From assembly GCA_012295275.1 (NCBI GenBank), contig CM022673.1, forward strand, positions 7,564,001 through 7,628,000: a DNA stretch of 64,000 nucleotides. Reading direction: 5' to 3'. The notes under the pieces were generated by a model. The model saw nothing but the letters and a program-made list of their open reading frames with translations, did no database searches and was not told the origin of the DNA. The position numbers were made by a program, and so were the translations under genes. The stretch's first letter is position 1, and each line of letters begins with the position of its first letter. Source of the DNA: Chrysomallon squamiferum (lineage: Eukaryota; Animalia; Mollusca). This document shows positions 52,701 to 64,000 of this stretch, in pieces.

Positions 52701-55700
52701 AAAATGAAACCATGATTCAAAATGGAGATGTAATTTATGAATTTTCAAACAGCATTTAATTAGTGTTTTTTTAATTTAATTAAAACTCAGATTACTTTTC
52801 AGTAAGAAGTCTTAAGCACTGATTAATACATTCAAAAATATTTCATTTAATTCATTAAATAGAAAACTGGCAAGACAACTGTTTCTATGAAAATTAATAC
52901 TGTATGTGTTACGGTTTGTATAAACCTATATAGATAGTTTTATTTGATTCTTATTGTTATTATTTCTTCTGCAAATGAAACTGAAGAAGTCCAATGTCAG
53001 AGTGTGTCCACAACTGTAAAACTACTACACACTATCAAGTTAAAACAAGTAGTATTATAAAATGTTAACATTAGGCTATCAGCGATCAAATACTATATAC
53101 TTAATCAGAAGAGATCAAAAATGAATTATTTAAAAAAAAAAAAAAAAAAAAAAAGTCCCTTCTACAAGCTCATCTAATATTACATAAATACTGAACAAGA
53201 GGGTGGGGTGGGGACTAACATGCTGATCACACCAGGCACACAACTTTAATTAAAAGTATGAAGATTTCATTACACAAGTTTTGACAAAAAAATATATAAT
53301 GTATATATATATACCATTAATTAATTAACCTTCTCCAAAAGCGTAATGTACATGACAATATTAAGAAAGACACTGATACGTAACTGGTGTGAAAACACCC
53401 AAATATAAAAAAAGGAGTTTTTTTTTTTTTTTACTTTTTAATTAAAAACCTCACAAATTTTCTATTTCACACTTTCAAACTAAGAGGTGAATTTGCCGTT
53501 TGTTTGTGTTCATGATATTTTTGAATAAACAACATGTTAAAAAAATTTGAAACAAATCTGGATTTCATGATTCTTTTATAAAGGGAACAATAAAATAAAT
53601 CAAACTTTTTAAACAAACAATTCAACAATATTAACATTACTTTGCTATTCAATCATAAAAGTAAAAAAAAAAAAAAAAACCTAGAAAAACTTTTATTTAT
53701 TTTGTGATGGTGTTTCCCAGTAACAGTTAACAAAAAAAAATCATGATTTTTTAGTTTCATAATTTCCATTAAACCAATAATACATTATTAAACTGACATG
53801 CAAAAAATTATCTCTAATGGATGATAAACATTTATTAAAATTTCATATTCATTCAAAATTAGTTTGCATAAGATAAAGAATAAATATATACATTACATTT
53901 ACAAATTAAATCTTAAGTATCATTTACTGTGTAAAGAATTTTTTGAAAAATTACCTTAGTAATAATTCTATATAATCTAACCATAATTAATAAATTAATA
54001 AAAATGCTAATTTCATGAGAACTGTAAAATATCATGATATTAATTTTTCATTTTACAAACAAGCTATCTTGTCTAGGATTTTATAAATTTAAAAATATTT
54101 TATCAAGTATGCATTTTTTTTTTTTATCAATATGAATATAGCACCATTGTCCAACACTTACTACTGGAATGGAATGACTATAATTAATTCCTAACGTTAC
54201 CACAATTTACATATATCATCTATTGTATAATCTCATATATCAACGTAGTCAGTTTGTCCAAGTCAAAGCTTTCTTACATATTTTAACATGATTGAAGTCA
54301 AAACATTTTAACTTAATTCAAATAATTAACAAGTCATTTTGGATATGCTGTCAAGTCAATACGGTACAGGCAGAGAAAAATATTAATAAATAATTAATTT
54401 ATAAATATTACAAATTTAACACCTACACAGCATGAAGAACAAGCAGTGTACAATCAGCAGTCATACTGTCATATTACCAGATAGTTTATACAAGTCTTTA
54501 TCATAGCAGTAGCCAATCTTTAAACCCAAATTTTTCTGTTCCGAAAACATTTACATGTACTTATTTTAATTCTGGCATGGTATTTAGACATTTTAAATAA
54601 AATGGTTAAAGAAGGAAATAAAGAAAGTAAAAATAATATGGTCAGTGGGTTTGCAAGTGTTTAGGGTGGCAAGGAATGCTTTAATGCCCAAAGTTTTTTT
54701 TCTTTTTTTTTTTTTCTCCAGGGCCTTTGTATACATGCATGCCATCCCTGCTTTAGAACCATGCTTACAAAACCTTCAGAAATGGAGACCCTAATTCCAA
54801 ATTTTAATGCTAATACAGATGATAAAACAAAAAGTAGATTTACGATTACTGGAAGTTAAAAGTAATGTATATTTGAAAAGAATTAAGAAGTTTTACAAAT
54901 AGTGTCAGCTTATAATTGCCGTGTACCTTTCCTTACAGTTTGAAGATATGTCTCATTAAACAAACTGACCCACGTATATCTAACTTCCAACAAGATTAAA
55001 AATATATTTACAGTTAATTATAAAAATAATTTTAAACTGCCATTTTTAAATAGTTTTATCTAAAACACACACATACACACACATGTGAACTAAACTAATT
55101 AATTAAAATTATATAAATAAATAAATAAATAAATAAATAAAAATTAATGAAGTATAATTTTAAAAATAGTCTTGTTTTTGTTTTATTTCAAATTTAAATT
55201 ATGAGATATCCTTCAAAGGAACATTCTTTAAAAGTTTAATGGGATTCAGTACAGTCAATTGCATAATTTTTATTATAATTTTATTTTATTTATGGAAATC
55301 ATTATTCAATTTTATTTCAAAAGATAGTTTAATAAAAATGCATTCAAAATTTTTATTTTATTATTATTATTTTTTTTTTTTTTAAAGTTCTTACTTTGTT
55401 TTATTTTCAAAAAATAATCCTCTACCAACAGTAAATGGCAAATTCACCTCAAATTGTTCATCTTAAATACAGCTACTGGTAAGTAACGATTGTCTTATAG
55501 TCATATTAAAATGTCAAAATACTAACAACGTACATGCAAAAAACCCTAATAATCGAAAATTTATCATTTCAAAAATCCTGTAATATTAAAAGAGAACACT
55601 TCTGGAGTTTTGGAACCAAAATCTGACTTGTTTACAATAATCTACTTTTTATAAAAAAGTATCTTAAAATACTGTTAATAAAGTGTTCTTTTATTTAGTG

Positions 55701-58700
55701 GTAATTTCTAAGACATAATTTTTCCAAAACTGTCTGTTTAAAAAGGAACAAATGGTAATATATTGATAACCGGAACCCTAAAAAGATATGTTTACTTTTA
55801 CGTTTAAACAAAATAATGACTTGTTCGCATACATGCTACTCAAGTCTGTAAGTATTGATGCCAAAACTCCAAGATTCTCTTTAACACACTTGGCAAATGT
55901 GGAAGAAAAAAGAAAAAAATAAGTCAGAAGAAAAGATTCAAACATTCAAATGTAGGAACCAAAAACTGATAATAAATTTACATTATTCAAACTACTAAAA
56001 AGGCAAAAATAGCAAACTGTATACAAGTGAGCAACATGTTTAAGAATTGCAAATATACATTTGTAAATATACAACAATTTGTAAACCTTTAAAAAAAAAA
56101 AAAAAAATCCAACATAATTACATCTAAATTCTAATGTTAATTTTTGCTAAGTTACATTGATTGTGAAGCAAAATAACTGAAAACCTGTATGCAAGAAATA
56201 ATCGAGTCACATTTTAATAAAAATAAGCTGCCTGCGATTCCCAGTATTTTTTACACTGATGTAGCAAGTTACCAAACAGAAGACATTAAAGCCTATTATT
56301 TTTTATTTTTTTTATTTTAGCAGCTGAATTTTAAAACTTTTCATCATGAATATCTTAAGACTGACCAATGTGCTGGGTTACAAAGAAAATAAGTGCTAAA
56401 TATTTTATATATTGGAATTATAAGCTGTGTTCTGCAGCCAGTGTTATTATGTGACTTGACTTCATCTTGCACTCAGATCTTCAATTGTTATTAAACCTAG
56501 ATATTATATCAACGACAGGTACAAACCATCACACAAGATTTGATATGCAAACATGAACACATAATGTGAAGGCAACAAAGTCTTGGGATGAAATGGAATC
56601 AAATGCTGGAGAGGTCCAATTTGTTGTTTGTTAGAATTGGCTTATTTTAAAATAGTTATTTTCTTTAAACATTAATCAGATTTTATGTGTAAGTCATATG
56701 TGTTAGAAACTGTTTATTCTGCAACTCCAATGTAGCGTTTAAGCAAAATTATTTTTATTTTATAACTTAAAAAAACACAAAATAAATATAAATTAAAAAA
56801 AACCAAACCCAAGGTATAAGTCCCTTTGTGTAATGCCCAAACTATCAGCTGTTTCATTTCTGTACATACCATTAAATATCACATTTAATATAACCTTAAG
56901 AAGAACAAAGAGAATCGGACACGAATAAATGCACTGAACAGACATGGCAGATAAATTAACACAAATTACCATACTGTAATTTTATATAGATACTTTAAAT
57001 AATATCCCAACATTAGTAATATCAAAAGATTTTTATCCTTGAATTTATATCAGTATCTTACTGAATTATTAATTTACCATCATTAATGGACAAACATAAA
57101 ACATTTTTGAAATGGTCAGATTACCATTAACTGACTGCCATCATAACTTCAAATTCTTTTTTCAATGCCACATTACTGATCTGAAAATATATTTAAAGCT
57201 AGTTATTTAAATCCAGGCACTGTATCAGTTATGTAAGCACCAAATATTATCATTCAGTATTCATTAGTTCACTATTTACAGTAGAAAACAATATTGACAG
57301 CAAAAGTTCAATTGTTTTTACATTTGTCATTTAATGACTAACAATTCGATATAATTTAAGAAGAAAAAAAAAAGAAATGTAGATAATAATTTTGATTTGT
57401 GCTTTTCACTGTAATCAGTTCATCGATAGCATAAGAATACAAACCCATCAAATGGGTATTAGGTGGATGGTGGAGAATGAAGATACAATAATAATTATAT
57501 AAGATATTTCCTGTTAACATATTTTGAAACAATCACATTAAAGACTGCATTGGAGCAACAGTATTAGTTTCATTCATATTAACTCATAAAGGAAAAGGCC
57601 AAAAAAAATAAAAAAAATAAAAATGTTTTCGTTACTCAAACATTAAATAAATTTTATAAATAACGGTTTATGATGGTTTGCACCAACATAACAGCTCAAT
57701 ATACAAGTGTACTTCTTTGGAAATTATATAAATAGAGTATTATTAATAATAACTATTATTTATATCAGATTATAGATAATGATTATAGCAATGAGGAATG
57801 ATAAACAAACAAACAGAGCTATTTACTTCCACCGAGAATGACAAAGGTTTTCAAAACAAAATGACAGTAAGTAGTTGAATTTTAAAATCCATGATTTATC
57901 TATGTACAAGGTGGGATAGAAAACATTTTAGTGTACTCTGTTTTTCATCAACATACTATTCAGAAATAATGTTTAAATCACCCATACAATTCTCATTAAC
58001 AAACAACAAAACACTGCTAAGTTCTTTTTATAATAATGATAATGTTTTAACATTAAATGGTTTCGAAAATGAAAAAAATTTCTTTTAAAAATTAAAATAA
58101 ATAAATAATAAATGGGTGACCAACAAAATTATATTATATCACTATTACCACTATAATTTTAAAGAAAGAAAACTGCCAAACATTCCTTCCACATCTGAAA
58201 ATTTCAAACTTCAAAATTTATTTTCCTCTAATGTTAATGAAAAACAGAGCTAGCATAAACTGTTTTTATATAAAATATATATATATATATATGTAGCATT
58301 TATGTTATTAAAGCATAAATCATGAAATATTAGTGATCTCAGTAGCAAGATAGTACCAATGTTTTAGTGTGCTGCCAATTAAAAATAATAAATATGAAGT
58401 GTATTCACCAGCATCATTATTAAAAAAAAAAAAAAAAAAAAGAAAAAAGAACAGCAGCATATGGTGTGACCTCTCTAACACAGCTGTTAATATTCACTAT
58501 ATTTCATGATCTATAGGGATTTAAATAGTTTAAAATGACAACCCGCATACCATAATTATTACAAAGCAGTATTGGTTTGAAAACTCACAAACACTGCAGT
58601 TGGATGAAAACAGAAGCAGATACACGTATATAAAAATATTTATAGTGATATTTTTCTTTGAAAAAGTAATGTATTACAATCAAAACCTGTGTAGAGAAAA

Positions 58701-60761
58701 ATGTGTAAAAAAAAATTGCATTACAAGCCATCTGTGAACCAAGATCATGCTTGTTCCATGTCTTGGAGGTTCCTTAAACCGAGACTTTGTAAGGTTATAT
58801 TCAAATATTTTTTTAGTTTATTAATATTTTTTGAAGTTTTTTTTTTTTTTTTTAAAATAAATTGGAATGGCTTATGTTCACAGATTTTTCTCTACTTACT
58901 GTCAGGCACTGAATGCAGCAATTTTATTATTATTATTTTTTTTAAATGCTTTGTAAAACTCAAATCCCAGACAACAAATGTGTTCATGTCAAAAACAGAG
59001 GAAAGAATGTCTAGGAAAAAATATATGGTTATATTGATGAGATGAAAACAATGTCAATATGAAATGACAATGAAAGACATTTAAATACTGGCGTGTAAAA
59101 CTGGAGGAAAAAATCTTGATGCCTTTGGTTACAAGTGATTCAATATTTAATATTTTTGCTATACATCTGGAGTAAGGTACCAATATGTGAACAAACACCT
59201 TTAAATACTCAATATTTAAAAAGAAAATAAAACACAAATGACTAAATTGCAACTGAAACCCCATGGCACGTGCAGTCATGTCCTTTTCACGCACATCATG
59301 TGCAGTGCCACACGAAATCGAAATGGACATCAGCACCTTCATGTTTGTTTCAGTTCTGACATTAATTATTACACATCTAAATACTTTCACACACCTCTAT
59401 CTACAGTTATTATATAGTTTAAAAATAAAAACAAAAAAAAATTGAAGAAAGAAAATACAACGGAATCTCTAATTTACAGACATGTGCACCAAATTTAAGA
59501 AATAAATTGGCAGTTTATATGATATAGAATACACAATATACAGAACTATTATCTTACAATGAAAAAATACAATTATTCCATTTGCCAAGTGACTTGTCCT
59601 ATAAAAATAACTCTTCCAAAAGTCACACTATTTGCTATTTGCATCTCAGCACATCAACCTGATTTAAAAATCTAGACTGGCATGGAATACCAATTAGAAA
59701 AATCACAGATATTATTTATTATATCTACATTTGATACTCCTGCTAAAATACAATTGAATAATGCACTGATAAAAAGATTACACTATTAAATATAAAACTT
59801 TCTTAAGACAAAATCCCAATCAACAATATACACAAAAATATAATAATAGTAATAATAATAATAATAATATATATGTATATATATAAGATATATATAAATT
59901 GAAAAGCAAACAACTGTAGCAGAACTAACAGCAAAACTCCTGCTAATATTAATTGATGTAACTAAATTAGCAAACTAACAACAACCATCTAAAATGCAAA
60001 CCACTAAACCATTCAGATCAAATCTTGAATATTAAATAGTAATAAGCAAGCAAAACAAAAAAAAAAAAAAAAAAAAAAGAGAAAAGATTTTTAAAAAATA
60101 GTACCAAACCAAAAAGTGATGCATAGTGATACCACAGCACTTTAGCCAACGATTAGCCAGCATGTCAAGGTCTCCGAGGTCACGACCTCCAGCTACTCAA
60201 ACCAGATATGACAAAACACATTTTAAAACAGGAAAATTAATAAAACAAAGAACAGCCAACTGATTCAAACGAGACAGATTTTACAACGAGATATCGGTAT
60301 TAACAGCTCAAAGTCATTACTTTGTGTATTGCCCATACATAGCCAGGATGCACAACAGCTGCCTGGGGTAACATCACAGGTTTGTAGGTCAAAAAAAAAA
60401 TTAAAAAAAAAAAAAAAAAAAAATCATTTTATCTTTTTTTTTTTTCTTCTGTTTTTAAAATGTCTTTAAAATCTCTGCTTACAAATTACATAATAAAATC
60501 TGATTGAAATGTTTTTTTTGTTTTTTTTTAAATCTTGATCACAGTACAAAACAGATTCAGTGTGCCTATTTCACTTGTTTGTTAATTTAAAGATACTATA
60601 CGTTTTCAAATGTTATCAGTTTCAACTAACTCTGTGATAATAATAATAATAATAATAATAATCATCATAATAACAGTAAAGTAATGAATAATAATAAAGT
60701 TTATAATAATAATAATATCCTGAATCATATTGGCACTTGGAGATTGAGAGGTGCAAGGAAA
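49730..60761 (-). other. Probable very long 3'UTR or downstream region of HIPK
   Basis: AT-rich, no credible coding exons after the HIPK stop; candidate AATAAA on the minus strand near 53831-53836 and 49748-49753; true end unknown. Confidence 0.35.
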
Positions 60762-63700
60762 TTAACCAGCAAAATACTGGTACTGCCTTGCCTTGATTGG
60801 ACTGAGCTGGTATGTAGTATAGATTCCCCCAGTAGATGAGTTAAGATAGTTGCCCGCTGCGTACTGTGGGTGAATCTGGGTGTGGTACGTCTGAATGCTT
60901 GACGTGTGCAGTACGGGATGCATGTGGGCCGGCAGTGGGTGCGTAGTGTACTGCACGTGGCGTGGACTCTGGTGTGCTGGAGGTGGGGCGACTGTCGGGG
61001 AAAATGGGCCGTACTGTCCCACACCGGCTGGGATTGTCATCTGGGGCTGCTGGTGGGCTGGAACAATGTAGTGGTGTATGGGACTTCCTTGCAAGGCAGA
61101 TGACCGTCGGTATTCCCTGGACAAACACAATACACAGATGTAACTGGCCTGCATAAACACGTTTTTTTTTTTTCAGTTTATATTTAAACTGTTAACAGAC
61201 ACAAGAAAATTAACAGTATTTTTTTTTTTCATAAAGTTTAATCAGAAAATGTTGATGTGTTAATATTCCATTGTTAGATTTCCTCGGTTTCTGACTTGCT
61301 ACTAAAAGCTTCACAGAACAGGTTAAAAAAAGTGCTCGTTAAATATATATACATATACGATAAAAAGAACAATTTACACTACTTGAACTAATCAATTCAA
61401 ATCAGATGCTAACTTTTAAAAAAACATTTTCTCCTGTTTATATCTATTCTCAACAAACACCAAATAAGTCAAAAAAGGTTTAGTGTACCTGTGAATTTCA
61501 ACCTGTGAGCCTGGATTCAGCAGCACGGGTTGACCGATCTGAACGCTGGCTTGAACTGGAGAGAGCTGGCTAACGCTGGCTGCAGCCTGGTGGTGCTGGA
61601 TGAAGTTGAGATTGTTTGGTCTGTGTCGGTGACTGGATCCCTGAATGATTCCACCACTCGCAGCCTGGGCACTGAACTTGATAATTGGGTTGGCCACCGA
61701 ACGAACAGTGGGCGAAACATAGGCAAGCTTTCCTTGTGCTGCCGCTGTGGACACTTCGATTTCCAGCGGAGGTAATCGGATCTCCGGTTTCGGACTCCTC
61801 ACTCTGATTTTGTTGTCGTGTGTGAACACGTCTTGTGGAATGTTGGCCATGTAAGGGGATACTTTGGCTTGCTCCCGAGGTTTTCGAGAGGCGTCAGGGG
61901 GAACGTAGGCCATGGTTGTTGACAGTGATGTGCAGCCCGAGGAGGCTCCTGCTGCCTGGCTCCCATAAAGACAGTTGGCGTGACTCGTAGCTCCTGTCAA
62001 GTCTTCGTGTTTGATTGGCGTGAACGTGACCTTTTTCTTCCCAGAGGCGGAGCCACTTTCTTCATTATCAGATTCATGGCCATCTGGTACACTTGTACAG
62101 CTTATGTTTCTTCTGCAGTGGCCAATTCCTACAAAGCAAAATGCACCATTTGTGTTAGCTATTATTTCAAACCAAGCAAATAATTAAATGAATAATTTTT
62201 TTTTTTTAAATTCTCTGAAGAAATGGGTTACAAATATCTCTATCTAATGCTGAATGTGAAATACACAGAACTATTTTAGCAGTTTAAAAATAACCCAAGC
62301 TATAACGGTAAGTGTGTGAAACAAGTAATTACCCTTCTGCTTACCGAAAGTCTCAGTAGGTGACTGTCCACTGCTGCCACTGCTGTGAACCACTGTCTGG
62401 AGATGTCTGTGTTGACTCTGTCGAGCACGATGGCGAGAACTAGATAAAAGACATATACATTTTTACATTTGTATATCTTACATGCAAAATGACAAAATAA
62501 ACATGGAACAATAAACAAATGAACATAATTAATGAAGTGTGACATACAGAGAACATTGTCTTGTGAAATGAGTTGTTGTTGTTGAACAAAGAAGAAACTC
62601 ATTTAATAAATATTCTTTTTTGATCAGTCACAATCTTCTTGTATGGAACAATCAGAACATACTTAATATATGTAAAAATAAAAAAAAAAAAACCAGCAAT
62701 GAACACATTGAAAAACAAAAATCACCTTTTAGAACGACCAACGCGATGACCCGAGCTGTTGGACTCATCCTCGCTGTCCGAGCTGATGGTGATCACGCTG
62801 ACCGATGGACTGGGCGTGTCCTGGATGACGATCGTGTGGCGGCGCTCGTGGCCAGACGTGCCGGAATGAGAGCCGTGTGACCTGAGCGATCCTGACCAGT
62901 CGGTGATGAGCAGGGTCTCGTCCTGGCTGACAACCTCCGTGTGAGGGGGCGTACCTTCCTTCACTCGTTTCTTTACAGGTGAAAACTGAGTGGATGTCAC
63001 TTCTTTTGTACTCCTGAAGCATCAAGTCAATAAAATTCAAAAATACCAGACACGAATTTTGAAGAAAAGCTAGCAGTTATAATTCAGCAAAAAGCAACTA
63101 TTCCAGTCAATGCCCATTACCATATACATGGTATATGTGATGTATGTTATAATAATTATTGTCTTTTTTTTTTTTTTTTTTCTATAATATGCTATAACAA
63201 TTACCTTTGTTTGGTCTGGCGTTTGCTGGGCTGAGCCGAACTCTGTCTGCTAGATAAACTGTAAGTCTGGGGTAGCATACTGATGTTACCAAGACTCCCA
63301 ATATTCCAGTGCTGGGAACTCGAATTCTTTAATTAAAAAAACAAAAAAAAAAAGATTATTCTAAAATGTTGCTAAACTATTAAACAAATATGCATATTTT
63401 ATAGACAACAAGTCTGAAAATAATTACCATAAATCAGTTTATCATAAACCTTTTTTTTTTTAATTGACTTAGATCCTAGTCCACACTATAAAGTTTCTCC
63501 ACAGTTTACTGCAATTTTCTTCTTTTTTATGTCAATAGTGAAAACATTTAAGGTAAAACATACTTTATAATACATTTTTTTAAAAAATCTTACCAAAGGT
63601 AATACAGCAGGGGCTGCATCAAAACTGTCCCCCACCATGATGGACTGCCTCCAGTTGTCAGGGGCAAGTGTTTCTGGAATCACCTGTGGAACAGCACGCT

Positions 63701-63779
63701 GAGATGTCAAACCAGGAATCTGCTGCCATGAACCCATTAAAACCTGTCGACTGTTGGGCCATGAGTTCACTGTAGCATT
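60762..63779 (-). CDS. HIPK: Homeodomain-interacting protein kinase, C-terminal six exons (kinase domain lies outside the window)
   Basis: Phase-consistent exons 63779-63594, 63326-63205, 63013-62726, 62439-62333, 62128-61489, 61116-60762. Diagnostic HIPK motifs: SPVKKRVKE, TIVIQDTPSPSVSVITISSDSEDE (SUMO-interacting motif), and the Y/H-rich tail ending YQLSPIKARQYQYFAG*. Confidence 0.93.
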
Positions 63780-64000
63780 CTGAAACAAATAAATAAATAT
63801 AAAGTAATTACTTGTATAATTCTAAACATTAAAGGATATAATCCTGTACAGTATGTAACTAACTGTTTGTGTTACAAAAAGACAAGAAAGATAAATAATA
63901 ATAATAACAACAATAACAACAGTTATAATTATATTACTATTTTAAGGTAATATTTATTGCTTAAAGGGAATGAAATGAACTGAATCAAACTATAATTTTA

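Noticed and set aside
60725-62880. Overlapping alternative-frame and antisense ORFs around the HIPK exons
   Set aside because: Shadows of GC-richer HIPK coding sequence

Overview
AT-rich, microsatellite-rich, intron-containing animal DNA (invertebrate; a SINE remnant hints at a gastropod, from recall only). There are three parts. (1) 1-9932 (+): the 3' portion of a KIAA1549/UPF0606-like single-pass membrane protein gene, with SEA-like modules and a ~3.4-kb mucin exon that carries two apparent frameshifts. (2) ~10070-50705: three head-to-tail 11-17 kb duplication units. Each holds a copy of an orphan + strand gene that the ORF track misses because it is built from small, symmetric phase-0 exons (9-147 nt). 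It encodes a K/E-rich, probably disordered protein with KEVQVD-type repeats and a C-terminal coiled coil. The copies differ by whole-exon gain and loss, and their exons are more diverged than their introns, almost only by amino-acid-changing substitutions. (3) 60762-63779 (-): the last six coding exons of HIPK, facing the array across ~10 kb of non-coding DNA that is probably a long 3'UTR. All gene models were read by hand from splice signals and need RNA-seq confirmation.
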